Below, piece by piece: positions 53,032-64,000 of a stretch of DNA of 64,000 nucleotides. The stretch is from Octopus vulgaris (lineage: Eukaryota). The DNA lies in assembly GCA_951406725.2 (NCBI GenBank), contig OX597817.1, positions 22,382,001 through 22,446,000 on the forward strand. Direction: 5' to 3'. The stretch's first letter is position 1, and each line of letters starts with the position of its first letter. The position numbers and the translations under genes were made by a program. The notes below the pieces were generated by a model. The model was not told where the DNA came from, did no database searches, and worked only from the letters and a program-made list of their open reading frames with translations.

Positions 53032-53086
<55 letters not shown>

Positions 53087-53117
<31 letters not shown>

Positions 53118-53238
53118 GTTTAACGTCCGCTTTCCATGCTAGCATGGGTTGGACGATTTGACTGAGGACAAGCGAACCAGATGGCTGCACCAGGCTCCAA
53201 TCTTGATCGGGCAGAGTTTCTACAACTGGATGCCCTTC
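53087..53238 (-). mobile_element. RTE LINE 3' end fragment in (TA)n
   Basis: (CAT)n plus CCATGCTAGCATGG. Confidence 0.85.
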
Positions 53239-53902
53239 ATATATATATATATATAGAGAGAGAGAGGGGGGGGAGGGAGAGAGAGAGGGGGGAGAGGGAG
53301 AGAGAGAGGGAGAGACCTAATTCAGAGAACAGTGGTGAGGAGTAAAAAGGCTACTGATGAGGATAGAGGGTGTATTCCATATAAGAGTAAAAGGAGGCAT
53401 TTCAAGATGGGGAAGGGTTGACTGTAACAAATGGTTGTGAGAGAAATTAGAATGGCTGTGAGAAGGTTAGGATAGATATGTGAGGGCATGGAGAGTGTGT
53501 GGACAGGCATGTGAAGGACTGGAAGGTCTTGAAGTGAGTGGTGATCATGGATAGGTTCCAGTGGGTTGAAGCATTCAGGAAAGACTAGCTATAGTTTTTA
53601 AAGCAGAGCTGGGTTGAGGAAAGACTAGGTATAGATTTTAGTGCAGAGTTGGGTTGGAAGTGAACATATAAGCAATGAGATGATGAAGCATGAGTGAGTT
53701 TGTGGCAGTACCAAACTGAAGGTTGCACAAGACTTACCAGTTCTATAGAGCAGTTTCTGTAATATCAGTAGAAAAGGCAGATAGAAGAGTAAAGTGTACA
53801 GAGTAGAGGTGGAAGTATTTGGCTGAGCTTTACTTAGTCCATCAGACAGAGAGCTCTTTTTGGTAGGAGGATTCAGTTCATGATATTCTAATGTGTATAA
53901 AA

Positions 53903-54133
53903 GGCGGTGAGCTGGCAGAAACGTTAGCACACCGGGCGAAATGCTTAGCGGTATTGCGTCTGTCGTTGCGTTCTGAGTTCAAATTCCGCCGAGGTCGACT
54001 TTGTCTTTCATCCTTTCGGGGTCGATAAATTAAGTACCAGTTACACACTGGGGTCGATGTAATCGACTTAATCCGTTTGTCTGTCCTTGTTTGTCCCCTC
54101 TATGTTTAGCCCCTTGTGGGCAGTAAAGAAACA
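53903..54133 (+). mobile_element. SINE family A, full length with 21-bp TSD
   Basis: TSD GATATTCTAATGTGTATAAAA at 53882-53902 and 54134-54154. Confidence 0.95.
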
Positions 54134-54406
54134 GATATTCTAATGTGTATAAAACAGTAATGTTTCAGACAGGTAAAAAAACAATATAACTAAATTCAAA
54201 TTACGATGAACGTAAACAAGCGAGGTTTACTTTAGAAGCATTGAGATGTCTTAGAAAGTTAGAGAAGTGATTTTAAATTCTCAAAATGCAGGATAATGTT
54301 AATAATATAGCCTGAACAGGATAAGCTACCCCTATTTTGCATAAAAACATGTTGGTGGTCGGCTATGTGACTCGAACTCACACCTCTGTGATTACGTGTC
54401 GCAGTG

Positions 54407-54726
54407 CTCTTGTGGAAGTGCCATCCAACCAAAATGCAAATATATGGGAAACTACCACCTGTATCATCTCTTGTGAAAGGTAGGAGAGTCCAGTTTGCTG
54501 GACATTGTTGTAGAGCTGAAAAAGAGGTAATTTCTACTCTCCTCCTCTGGAAGCCATCTACTCGCAATGCCAGAGGGCGCACACTCACCTATCCTGATGT
54601 AATCTCCAGGGATACAGGCATCCAGCAACAGGACCTCCATAATGCCATGAAGGACCGTGAAGTCTGGCGTAGCATGGTAAATTCCATTGTCTCGATCACG
54701 GTCGAACAATGATGATGATGATGATG
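54407..54726 (+). mobile_element. RTE-group LINE 3' end (distinct family)
   Basis: HPTKMQIYGKLPPVSSLVKGRRVQFAGHCCRA..MKDREVWRSMV, directly followed by (GAT)n. Confidence 0.88.
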
Positions 54727-55199
54727 CTCTGAACCATTAAGCTAAACCATCCACACCACAATATAAATGTACTTCAGTTGAATCAAAGCTGAAGTATTTT
54801 GAGGTTTTGAAGAAAAATCCTTGAGCTGGGTATAGTTTAATAACGTTACATATGCAAGTAATTTGAGAAATATTCCTATAGATTTATTAGATATTTTTTT
54901 ATTTATTGTTGCCATAGTCAGGAGTTAATTTTATCTTAGATATGATATAACCTTAGTTATATTTTAAACTTAGATTTGATTTAATTTTATCTTATTAATG
55001 ATTCAATCTGAATAACTATTCGATCTTGATTTTATGGTTATGAAATAATCTGGACTTAATGTTGTGTTAATCTTACTTAAGATTTAAAATCTTAATATAA
55101 AAACATTCGATGATGTTTATTTTAGATTAGGAAATTTTCCACTGTAGATATATTTCTGCTAAAAATTAAAGATATTCATAGCAATGGGTCATGTGTGTG

Positions 55200-55231
<32 letters not shown>

Positions 55232-55349
55232 ATCATTATCATCATCATTTAACATGTACCTTCTATGCTGGCATGGGTGGGGCAAATATATAAATATATA
55301 TATTTGAATAAATAAATGGAGTTTAACGCAGGTGTAATCAAATATTTTT

Positions 55350-55435
55350 ACTTTCGACACATGTTTCGAAAATTCCACTGATACTATTCAAATGAATAAA
55401 TGGTATAAATAATGCAATCTTCTCCTCAGGAAAGT
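55350..55435 (-). ncRNA. type I hammerhead ribozyme, second copy of 35316-35401
   Basis: Two substitutions relative to the first copy, both in the stem II loop region. Confidence 0.8.
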
Positions 55436-55755
55436 GAAAAAAACGAAACTCGTCAATAAGATATTTTAGCAAATATATATATATATATATATATATATAA
55501 TCATCCTCACCACTACCATCAACATAATGTCCACTTTCCGTGCTTGCATAGGTTCAATAGAATTTAATGAGGCAGACTTCCAATAACCAGATGCCCTTTC
55601 TGTTGCAAACCAACATCAGTTTTCATGCAAGTATATTATTCCTTATGGCTGGACATGTTTTTGCAGAATTTGATAATGAATCATATTTATTTACAGCATT
55701 ACATGATGTCAAGACATACATGCACTCACACACACATAAACATATATATATATAT

Positions 55756-55987
55756 ATTTCTTCATTGCCCACAAGGGGCTAAACATAGAGAGGACAAACA
55801 AGGACAGGCAAAGTGATTAAGTCGATTACATTGACCCCAGTGCATAGCTGGTACTTAATTTATCGACCCCGAAAGGATGAAAGGTAAAGTCGACCTCGGC
55901 GGAATTTGAACTCAGAACGTAACGGCAGACGAAATACGGCTACACATTTCGCCCGGCGTGCTAACGTTTCTGCCAGCTCGCCACCTT
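55756..55987 (-). mobile_element. SINE family A
   Basis: Reverse complement of 53903-54133. Confidence 0.92.
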
Positions 55988-56623
55988 CATAAACATATAT
56001 ATAGTCTACTATAAGGAATCCATAAACAAACTTACAAAACATCTAAGGGCATATTTTATTTCCCTCTGAAGACATTATGCTCAGAAATGCAAACTTTATA
56101 TTTAATTAATTCACTGAAGTGTAAATGAAACAACTGTAAGTGATAATGTTCCATTTGTTCTTGATAATAAACTTTTATTAACTTCCCAATCTCCATTTCC
56201 TTCTTTCTTTATATGAATATTAACTACAGGTTTTTATATACATAGCTATTTTTTTAAGGAAATCAATTCCCCGCACAATATTAGATATTGAACCAGTATT
56301 TCCTTGGATGACAAAATCCCTTCAGTAGGCTAACATAACCTCTAACCAAAGTGTATATCTTGTTGGTCATGATTATTCATAGGAGTATGTAATTCCTGAC
56401 AAGGAATCTAATTTTTATTTCATGCTGAGTTTTTCGTTTTTGTCTTTGAAATTAATTAGACTCCGAAACAATTTGTAGAATGTATATTGGTTCTGTACCA
56501 ACTTGGATTATGAATTGAATTAAAGTTCGTTTACACTTACAATTTTTCATTCCCTTATATTACATTTTATATATAAATATATGTATGTATATATATGTGT
56601 GTGTGTGCGTCATATATGCATAA

Positions 56624-56779
56624 GTGCAGGAGTGGCTGTGTGGTAAGTAGCTTGCTTACCAACCACATGGTTCTGGGTTCATTCCTTGGCACCTTGGGCA
56701 AGTGTCTTCTACTATTGTCTTGGGCCGACCAAAGCCTTGTGAGTGGATTTGGTAGACGGAAACTTAAAGAAGCCCATCG

Positions 56780-56820
<41 letters not shown>

Positions 56821-56980
56821 GTTTATGTGTCTGTGTTTATCCCCCAACAGTCTTGACAACCGATGGTGGTGTCTTTACGTCCCCGTAACTTAGCAGTTCG
56901 GCAAAAGGGGCCGATAGAATAAGTACCAGGCTTACAAAGAATAAGTCCTGGGGTTGATTTGCTCGAATAAAGGTAAAGAG
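56624..56980 (+). mobile_element. SINE family B
   Basis: Head, microsatellite, tail. Confidence 0.9.
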
Positions 56981-57693
56981 TATATATGATAGTATTCTTT
57001 TACTTTCTGTCTAACAAACCAACTCATTCTCAAAGTTATGGTCAGCCAAGGGCTTTAGCAGATGAAACCCGCCCCAAAGTTCCACTCAGTGGACATGAAC
57101 TCAGAACCCTGTGGTTGAGAAAAAAAAAATTCTTTTCACACAGCCATGCCTGCACTTAAAGATATTTATGTTTTTGTTGTTATTAAATACTGTTTAATAT
57201 TCTAACTGTAATTAAACATTTGTTCCTGACAGATTTGAAACTGTATTGGGAACAATAATAAATTTGTTTGTTGTTTAATTTTTCTTCCTGACATGTATAT
57301 TACCAGTAACACAAGAGAAAGTCATGGCGAAAGTAACGCTTGTACACTATGTTAAACATGTGTGTGTATGTATTTTTGTGTATTTGTGTGTTTGTGTATG
57401 TTTGATTCTGTGTGTATGTGTGTGTGTGTACACAGGTATAAATGGCCATTGAAAGCAAATCAAATATGAAATGACCAAGCACGACACAGTTCTCTGGCTA
57501 GTTTAAGTAGCTGTAACTTGAAAAATAATTATTGAAATGGAGCAAGACAATCTGTCCAAACCATGCCAGAAGGGTATATGTATATAGACATATACATATG
57601 CATATATAAATATACATACATATAAATATATACATATACACATACATACACACATATATAAATATATACATACATATATACATTTATATATAC

Positions 57694-57743
<50 letters not shown>

Positions 57744-57774
57744 TCATATATACACACACACACGCCGGCCCCCC

Positions 57775-57963
57775 CTGGCACCTGTGCAGGTGGCACGTAA
57801 AAAGCACCCACTACACTGGTTGGCGTTAGGAAGGGCATCCAGCTGTAGAAACTCTGCCAGATCAGAATAGAGCCTGGTGCAGCCCCTGGCTTCCCAGACC
57901 CCGGTTGAACCGTCCAACCCGTGCTAGCATGGAAAACGGACGTTAAACGATGATGATGATGAT
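57775..57963 (+). mobile_element. RTE LINE 3' end fragment
   Basis: One unit, conserved segment, (GAT)n tail. Confidence 0.85.
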
Positions 57964-57980
57964 ACATACACACACACACA

Positions 57981-58059
<79 letters not shown>

Positions 58060-58128
58060 CATATATATATATATATATATATCATCAGTTGATCATATAT
58101 CAAAAGGAAAGAAAGAAGCACAGTAATG

Positions 58129-58193
58129 TATTTATAGGAAGTTAATTATGTGGTTGGTCATAAAATGACCATATAATTAACTTCCTATAAATA
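58129..58193. repeat. 65-nt near-perfect hairpin
   Basis: TATTTATAGGAAGTTAATTATGTGGT pairs with ACCATATAATTAACTTCCTATAAATA. Confidence 0.9.
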
Positions 58194-59299
58194 TGAGTGT
58201 GTGTGTGTGTATTTGTGTATCTTATCACCTCATGTATCAGCTATCATTCCCAGCATCTTCTCATGTTGGCCAAGATGCCCACTCACTACAGCTACCTCTT
58301 ATTTACTTCTACATCTGGAGCTTGGTGCAGCCTTCTGGCTTCCCAGATCCCCGGTCGAACCGTCCAACCCATGCTAGCATGGAGAACGGACGTTAAACGA
58401 TGATGATGATGATGATGATGATCTCTATCCCCAGTATCTCTATGTCATGCTCAACATCTACTCCTTTGACTCTCATCCCTGAATATCTTCTATCTCTCCT
58501 ATCTTACCCACCACCCATACTGATATTCCCTATCAAACCGAACCTCAATTCCTATTCATCACATATTACATTCACTTGTATCCTCATCTACAACCATCTC
58601 TTTCTCTCTTACAACCACATCCCACTCCTAATCCAGTGCCTGTATCATCTCTTGCTTCTTATTGTTACTCTGGTACCCTATCCCTACCATCTCACCCTTT
58701 CCACAGATTCTCTCACCCACAAATCTTCTCGATAACAAGACAGCTCTACCTCTGCTTGTCCCTACTTTCCCCTGGCATAATATCACCTCTCCACCCTGTC
58801 AAATCCTCATCCTGCTTATTTGAAAGGGTTTTTTTTTTTCCTTTTCACTGCCTTTTAGCCTTCTCTTATTCTTTCTCATGCTGCAAGTTACTTGACAGCC
58901 TTACTAAAACCAGTGGCATGAAGAAAAGCATCCAGTATATATTGTGGAGTTACTGGTATTAGGAAGGGCATGCAACCATAGAAACCATGCCATGGTTAAC
59001 ATGGTGCATTATGCAGCCCTGTGGCTCATTGGATCTGGTGAGATGGTCCGATCCATGCCAGCATGGGAAACAGATGTTAATAGTGATGATGATGATGAGA
59101 CATAGGACTTGAAAAGATTGGAAAGGAATTAAGCTAGCATACTCTGTTTGGATATGCAGGAATGATAAAGTACAAATGGTTTAAAAGAGAAACTGGGTAT
59201 GGAAAGAATCAGAGGTAGTATTCAAGAAAGAAGAAGGTTTATTCTTACTTGTTCAAGTAAGCTTAGTATCCAATAGATCATCATTCTAATTATATATTA

Positions 59300-59527
59300 G
59301 GCGGTGAGCTGGCAGAAACGTTAGCACACTGGGCGAAATGCCTAGTGGTATTTCGTCTGCCGTTATGTTCTGAGTTCGAATTCCGCCGAGGTCGACTTTG
59401 CCTTTCATCCTTTTGGGGTCGATAAGTACCAGTTACGCACTGGGGTCGATGTAATCGACTTAATACCTATGTCTATCCTTGTTTGTCCTCTCTATGTTTA
59501 GCCCCTTGTGGGTAATAAAGAAATAGG
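59300..59527 (+). mobile_element. SINE family A
   Basis: Full copy. Confidence 0.92.
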
Positions 59528-59712
59528 TATGGACAAGCGATGCACCTGAGTGAGGACAGCAGCATAACAAGGTGCTGATCACTTGATAGGGATAGAAGTT
59601 GCAGAAGAGGAACACCTAAGAGAACATTGGATGAAATAGTGAAGGCTGACCTCAGAGACTTGAAATCAACAGAGGAGATGACCAACAACAAGGATGACTA
59701 GCAATATGCAAT
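59526..59712 (+). mobile_element. degenerate RTE RT C-terminal fragment
   Basis: YGQAMHLSEDSSITRC..RRGTPKRTLDEIVKADLRDL. Confidence 0.7.
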
Positions 59713-60076
59713 TCATCAAAGGAGTCCCCTACTTTGGCAAAAGTGAGATTCTGGAAGCACGATGTGCACAACAACTTCTCCTGCCCAATTTCCTCCTCAA
59801 GATTTTCCCATCACTCAGATTTTCCCATCCCTAACTGCAGTAATTGCTGCTGGAATTAACTGTTAGCAAGACTCCATACTTTACAAGGCTTTGTAGATAC
59901 TGCTTACGTTTCTTACCCCGAGGAACCATTTCACTTCTTATCCAGCTTTCATTCTTAATATTATTCTCTCCACCCACATTTTACATTGATCACCTCTTGT
60001 ACCACCAAATTAACTCTCCCCCATTCCCATACATCACTCCATCACTATTCACTACAACTGCCCTACACTCTTACAA

Positions 60077-60308
60077 CCTATTTCTTTATTACCCACAAGG
60101 GGCTAAACACAGAGGGGACAAACAAGGACAGACATAGGTATTAAGTCGATTACATCGAATCCAGTGCGTAACTGGTACTTAATTTATCGAACCCGAAAGG
60201 ATGAAAGGCAAAGTCGACCTCGGCGGAATTCGAACTCACAACGTAATGCAGACGAAATACCGCTAAGCATTTCGCCCGGTGTGCTAACGTTTGTGCCAGC
60301 TCACCGCT
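60077..60308 (-). mobile_element. SINE family A
   Basis: Reverse-complement full copy. Confidence 0.92.
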
Positions 60309-60740
60309 TTCACAATAATAATCTATATAATAATCTGCTTGTTCGTTCGCCCGTTATACTTTAGTTACTTAGAGAGGTGGAGTAAATGTGAGAGAGAGGG
60401 AGAGTGTGAGTAGAGAAGAAAGAAGTGAGGAAGAAGTAGGTACATTGAGCGTATTAACAACCCACCACTATTTCTGTATTGTCAGTCTTCTCCTCTAAGC
60501 TATCTCCCTGAACTCACTGGTCACTCCTCATCCTTACCCAATGCATGCAGTTGTCACCTGCACTTTTAAATTAATTAATTAATTATCTTAATTATGTAAT
60601 TATATAAATAATGGCGTTTATTGCAAAGGAATATCTCATCATTTAATTGCACTCAGCAATTAAATCATGAGATATATGTGAACATTATGCCTTTCTGACT
60701 ATTATTCAATCTATCTATATATCTATCTATCTATCTATCA

Positions 60741-61065
60741 TTTTTTATTCCATTTTAATGCATAATTTTTCGTGTGTCGATGGCGGCGGAGTTGGCGTCC
60801 ATGGTCACACCTGCACCTCTTTGCTTCTCCCCTTTCTTCTCTCCCTCGTGAAGCAGTGGGGAAGGGAGTGTAAGGAAATCAACGTCGTAAAGCGTTGTCA
60901 AGGAGACCAGCGTTCTTTTAGAACAACGACTTCATGGCTTGAAGACACCAAAACAGAAATGGCTAAGAAAGCCCGAATTGGCATCTATAAGGGAAGAAAC
61001 TCTCTAAAAATGCTTATATAGTTATTTCCCTTACAAACCCGAGCAACGCCAGGCAATACTGCTAG
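60741..61065 (+). mobile_element. Helitron-like 3' part
   Basis: CCCGAGCAACGCCAGGCAATACTG-CTAG|T terminus; 5' end uncertain (possibly TCTATATAATAAT at 60322). Confidence 0.65.
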
Positions 61066-62084
61066 TTATTTATATTATTATTTGATTGAACACCATGCAT
61101 CCATTTCCAAGTAAGTTTATCTTATCTATCTATCTATCTTTCTATCTATCCATGGATCCATCCATTCAACCATCAATGTACATGTAGACACACTTAAACA
61201 TACACACACAAAGTTGCCCTTTGATTTTACATCACTTGGTTTGCACAATTTCATTTTAGATGAATCATCAATTGACTGTTTGTTTATGACTATTTGTTTT
61301 TTTTCATTTATCTATAGCATTTTGACAGCTTTCTTTCTCTCTTTTACTTTCTGGATATTATGAATGTAATTCTTATCAAATCCATGTAAACACATTCTCC
61401 TTGCATCTTTTTACTCTTCCAAAAATAACAGATCGCAAGATTTTTTTTTTTTTTCTGCAAATCACTCTTCTTTGTTTTCTTTCTCATTTGTGTGATTGCA
61501 TCATGTGCAACCACATCAAACATGCTAACCAAGTTTTTCTTCAAAAATTTCTTAGATGCTCATTGATTGTATGTTTTTTGGGGTTTTTTTCTTGTTATTA
61601 GTTTGGCTCGGTCATCAATTAGGGCTGTAGAAAAACATGACAGGTTTATGAAGAAATTTTATCTCAAACAATTGCAGAACATCTTGCCTTCTAATAGGGG
61701 TATATACACAGATGACAATTTTAATTTAAAGCTACTTCATTTGCATAACCAAAGAGTTTCTAGAACTCAGAAAGCTTCCACAGTATCAGTGAATTATTTA
61801 TTCAATGTGTCCTATGCATTAAGGCACCAATTGGTGCACAACATTGACAAGCGCCAAAATGATGAAATGCATGTCATTTTCATGAGTCATCTTGCTTGAT
61901 ATATATTATATTTTTAACACAATAAATTTACGAAGAGATTTTATCTCAGACAATTCTACAGCATCATGCCTTCTAATGCTATAGATACAGTTTGTATGCT
62001 GCATAAATAGGAATATATATATATATATATATATATCATCATCATCATCATCATATATATATATATATATATATTATTATTATT

Positions 62085-62374
62085 ACCATCACAGACCAGG
62101 CTATCAGATGTTGCTACACATCGCTGGTCACAATGCGGTTCGCATTGTTTTAGCCTTCAAATGACGCTGCCCTGCTGGCTAAGCGAGCAGGCCAATAGAA
62201 GAAAGAGTTAGAGAAAGTTGTGGTGAAAGAGTACAGCAGGGATTGCCACCACTCCATGCTGGAGCCTCGTGGAGCTTTTAGGTGTTTTTGCTCACAACGC
62301 TTCGGTCAGGGAATTGAAACCACGATCCTATGACTGCGAGTCTGCTGCCCTAACAACTGGGCCATTGCACCTCC
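62085..62374 (-). mobile_element. family C-related SINE with a different 3' tail
   Basis: Shares head and body with 29251 up to TTCTCT, then diverges. Confidence 0.8.
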
Positions 62375-62388
62375 ACACATACACACAG

Positions 62389-62440
<52 letters not shown>

Positions 62441-63036
62441 GAACCATCTAAGTCAGGAGGTATAAGAGGTGATTATATATTTATTTAACCATGTGACATC
62501 CTTAGAATTACAGCTGTTTTACACGCTTCTTCATGTAGTATTAATTTCAGTGTGGAAGAAATTAAGTTTACATGCTTAATGTGCATGCTTGGCATTTTAC
62601 AATACAACTGTATATGCATGAACCAGTGCAAATAAAGAGCACTAGAACATCAGATCAGGGTCATCTGCTATTGAAGTAGTGTGCAGTTTATCTGTACATC
62701 AACTGGATTTGTTTGTGGTGAATATGTAGAGATCATCTCTGCTGTCAATTTTTCTATGATAAATATACGTTTATTTTATCACATATTATGGCAAGCATAG
62801 TAACTTTGTTTCATTCTCTGCTGAATAGCCAACCATAGATATTAGTGATGCTGCCTTCTAAGAATATTTCGTAAGTATTTCTTTGTCCTTGAAGAGTCTG
62901 GCTTAAACATCCATCTTAACACTTGTATAAAGGACATTTCTAACTGCATCTCTTCAGATCTCTTTCCTTTTCATTATCTCAAAATTGAAGGTGCTAGCCC
63001 TAAAATTTTGCATCCAACAGGGAGAGAAGATTTTAA

Positions 63037-63256
63037 CCCTTTAGTTACCAACCCGGCTGAAACCAGCTCTGGCTCTGAGTACAAATGTCTTGTCTACATA
63101 AGTTTTGAATTAAAATCTTCCACCAAACCTTAGTCACAATTTATGTTCCTAACACTAGCTGAATGATAACTAAGTTATTTTACAAAATTCTTTGTTATAT
63201 TTAAAGTAATTGAAAGAAACAAAGAGCATCTCAAAATAAATACAGTAACGAAAGGG
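63037..63256. mobile_element. piggyBac-type MITE
   Basis: TTAA TSDs at 63033-63036 and 63257-63260; TIR CCCTTTAGTTAC / GTAACGAAAGGG (11/12). Confidence 0.9.
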
Positions 63257-63566
63257 TTAAAGGTGTTTTGATTATTTGGGTCCATTTTCTGAATCTGAAC
63301 CACAGAGAGTTGGTGTAACGGTTTGATGACAATTTCTTACAGATGACTAAATATTCTCACTTTGTCACCACACTCCCATGTTAGTCTTGTATACACTATT
63401 AGTGTTGTTCATTGACTTGTTCGCATTGTTTTGGTCTATATTTCATAGGTGGATACCTTGCATGTTATCAAGATGCCCACACTAGGGAGTTCATCTGACA
63501 GAACTGAAAAACCCCTCTTTTCAATACTGCATTACTTTATATTCAGATGTACTGCTCACCTAGTGA

Positions 63567-63890
63567 AGGCTCATGGCTCAGTGGTTAGAGCATCGAGCTC
63601 ATGATCGTGAGGTTGTGAACTTGAATCCCTGACCGGGTTGTGTGTTGTGTTCTTGAGCAAGACACTTTATTTCATGTTGCTCCAGTTCACTCAGCTATAG
63701 AAATGAGTTGCAACATCAAAACTGTATCAGCCCCTTTGCCTTTCCCTTGGATAACACTGGTGGTGTGGAGAGGGGAGGCTGGTATGCATGGGGGACTGCT
63801 GGTCTTCCATAAACAACCTTGCCTGGACTTGTGCCTGGGAGGGTAACTTTCTAGGTGCAATCCCATGGTCAGTGTCGTGACCAAAGGAGG
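63567..63890 (+). mobile_element. tRNA-derived SINE, family C-related head with CORE-like segment
   Basis: TGGCTCAGTGGTTAGAGC..TTGAATCCC, TTCTTGAGCAAGACAC. Confidence 0.75.
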
Positions 63891-64000
63891 TCTAGACTGC
63901 TCTCTTAGATGGGATGCACTCATCACAGCATATAAATTCTGTCTACTCCATGCAGATTTTTGTTTAGAGTTCTTGCTTTCTTAGATAGTTTGGTTAATCC

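Overview
AT-rich, microsatellite-dense animal DNA, probably intronic or intergenic. The SINE families and repeat make-up suggest an octopus or other coleoid cephalopod (inference). No complete host gene is recognisable, and almost all ORFs in the track are microsatellite or TE artefacts. Recognisable content: three tRNA-derived SINE families, RTE, CR1-like and R4/Dong-like LINE fragments, Tc1/mariner, Helitron and piggyBac relics, and several Penelope-like (PLE) pieces. Three things stand out. (1) Ten hammerhead-ribozyme-like folds in PLE-type elements, with canonical and variant cores, including a G3:C8 swap inside a 143-bp-arm palindrome bounded by an 11-bp TSD. (2) An RTE LINE 3'UTR built from a variable number of ~60-nt units, each predicted to fold as a hairpin plus a compact H-type pseudoknot. 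(3) A TE-free island near 21.2-22.2 kb with a candidate exon whose 3' end and donor pair with a downstream intronic sequence (ADAR editing-site geometry), followed by a candidate 12-nt microexon. All structures were read by eye; no searches or folding programs were run.
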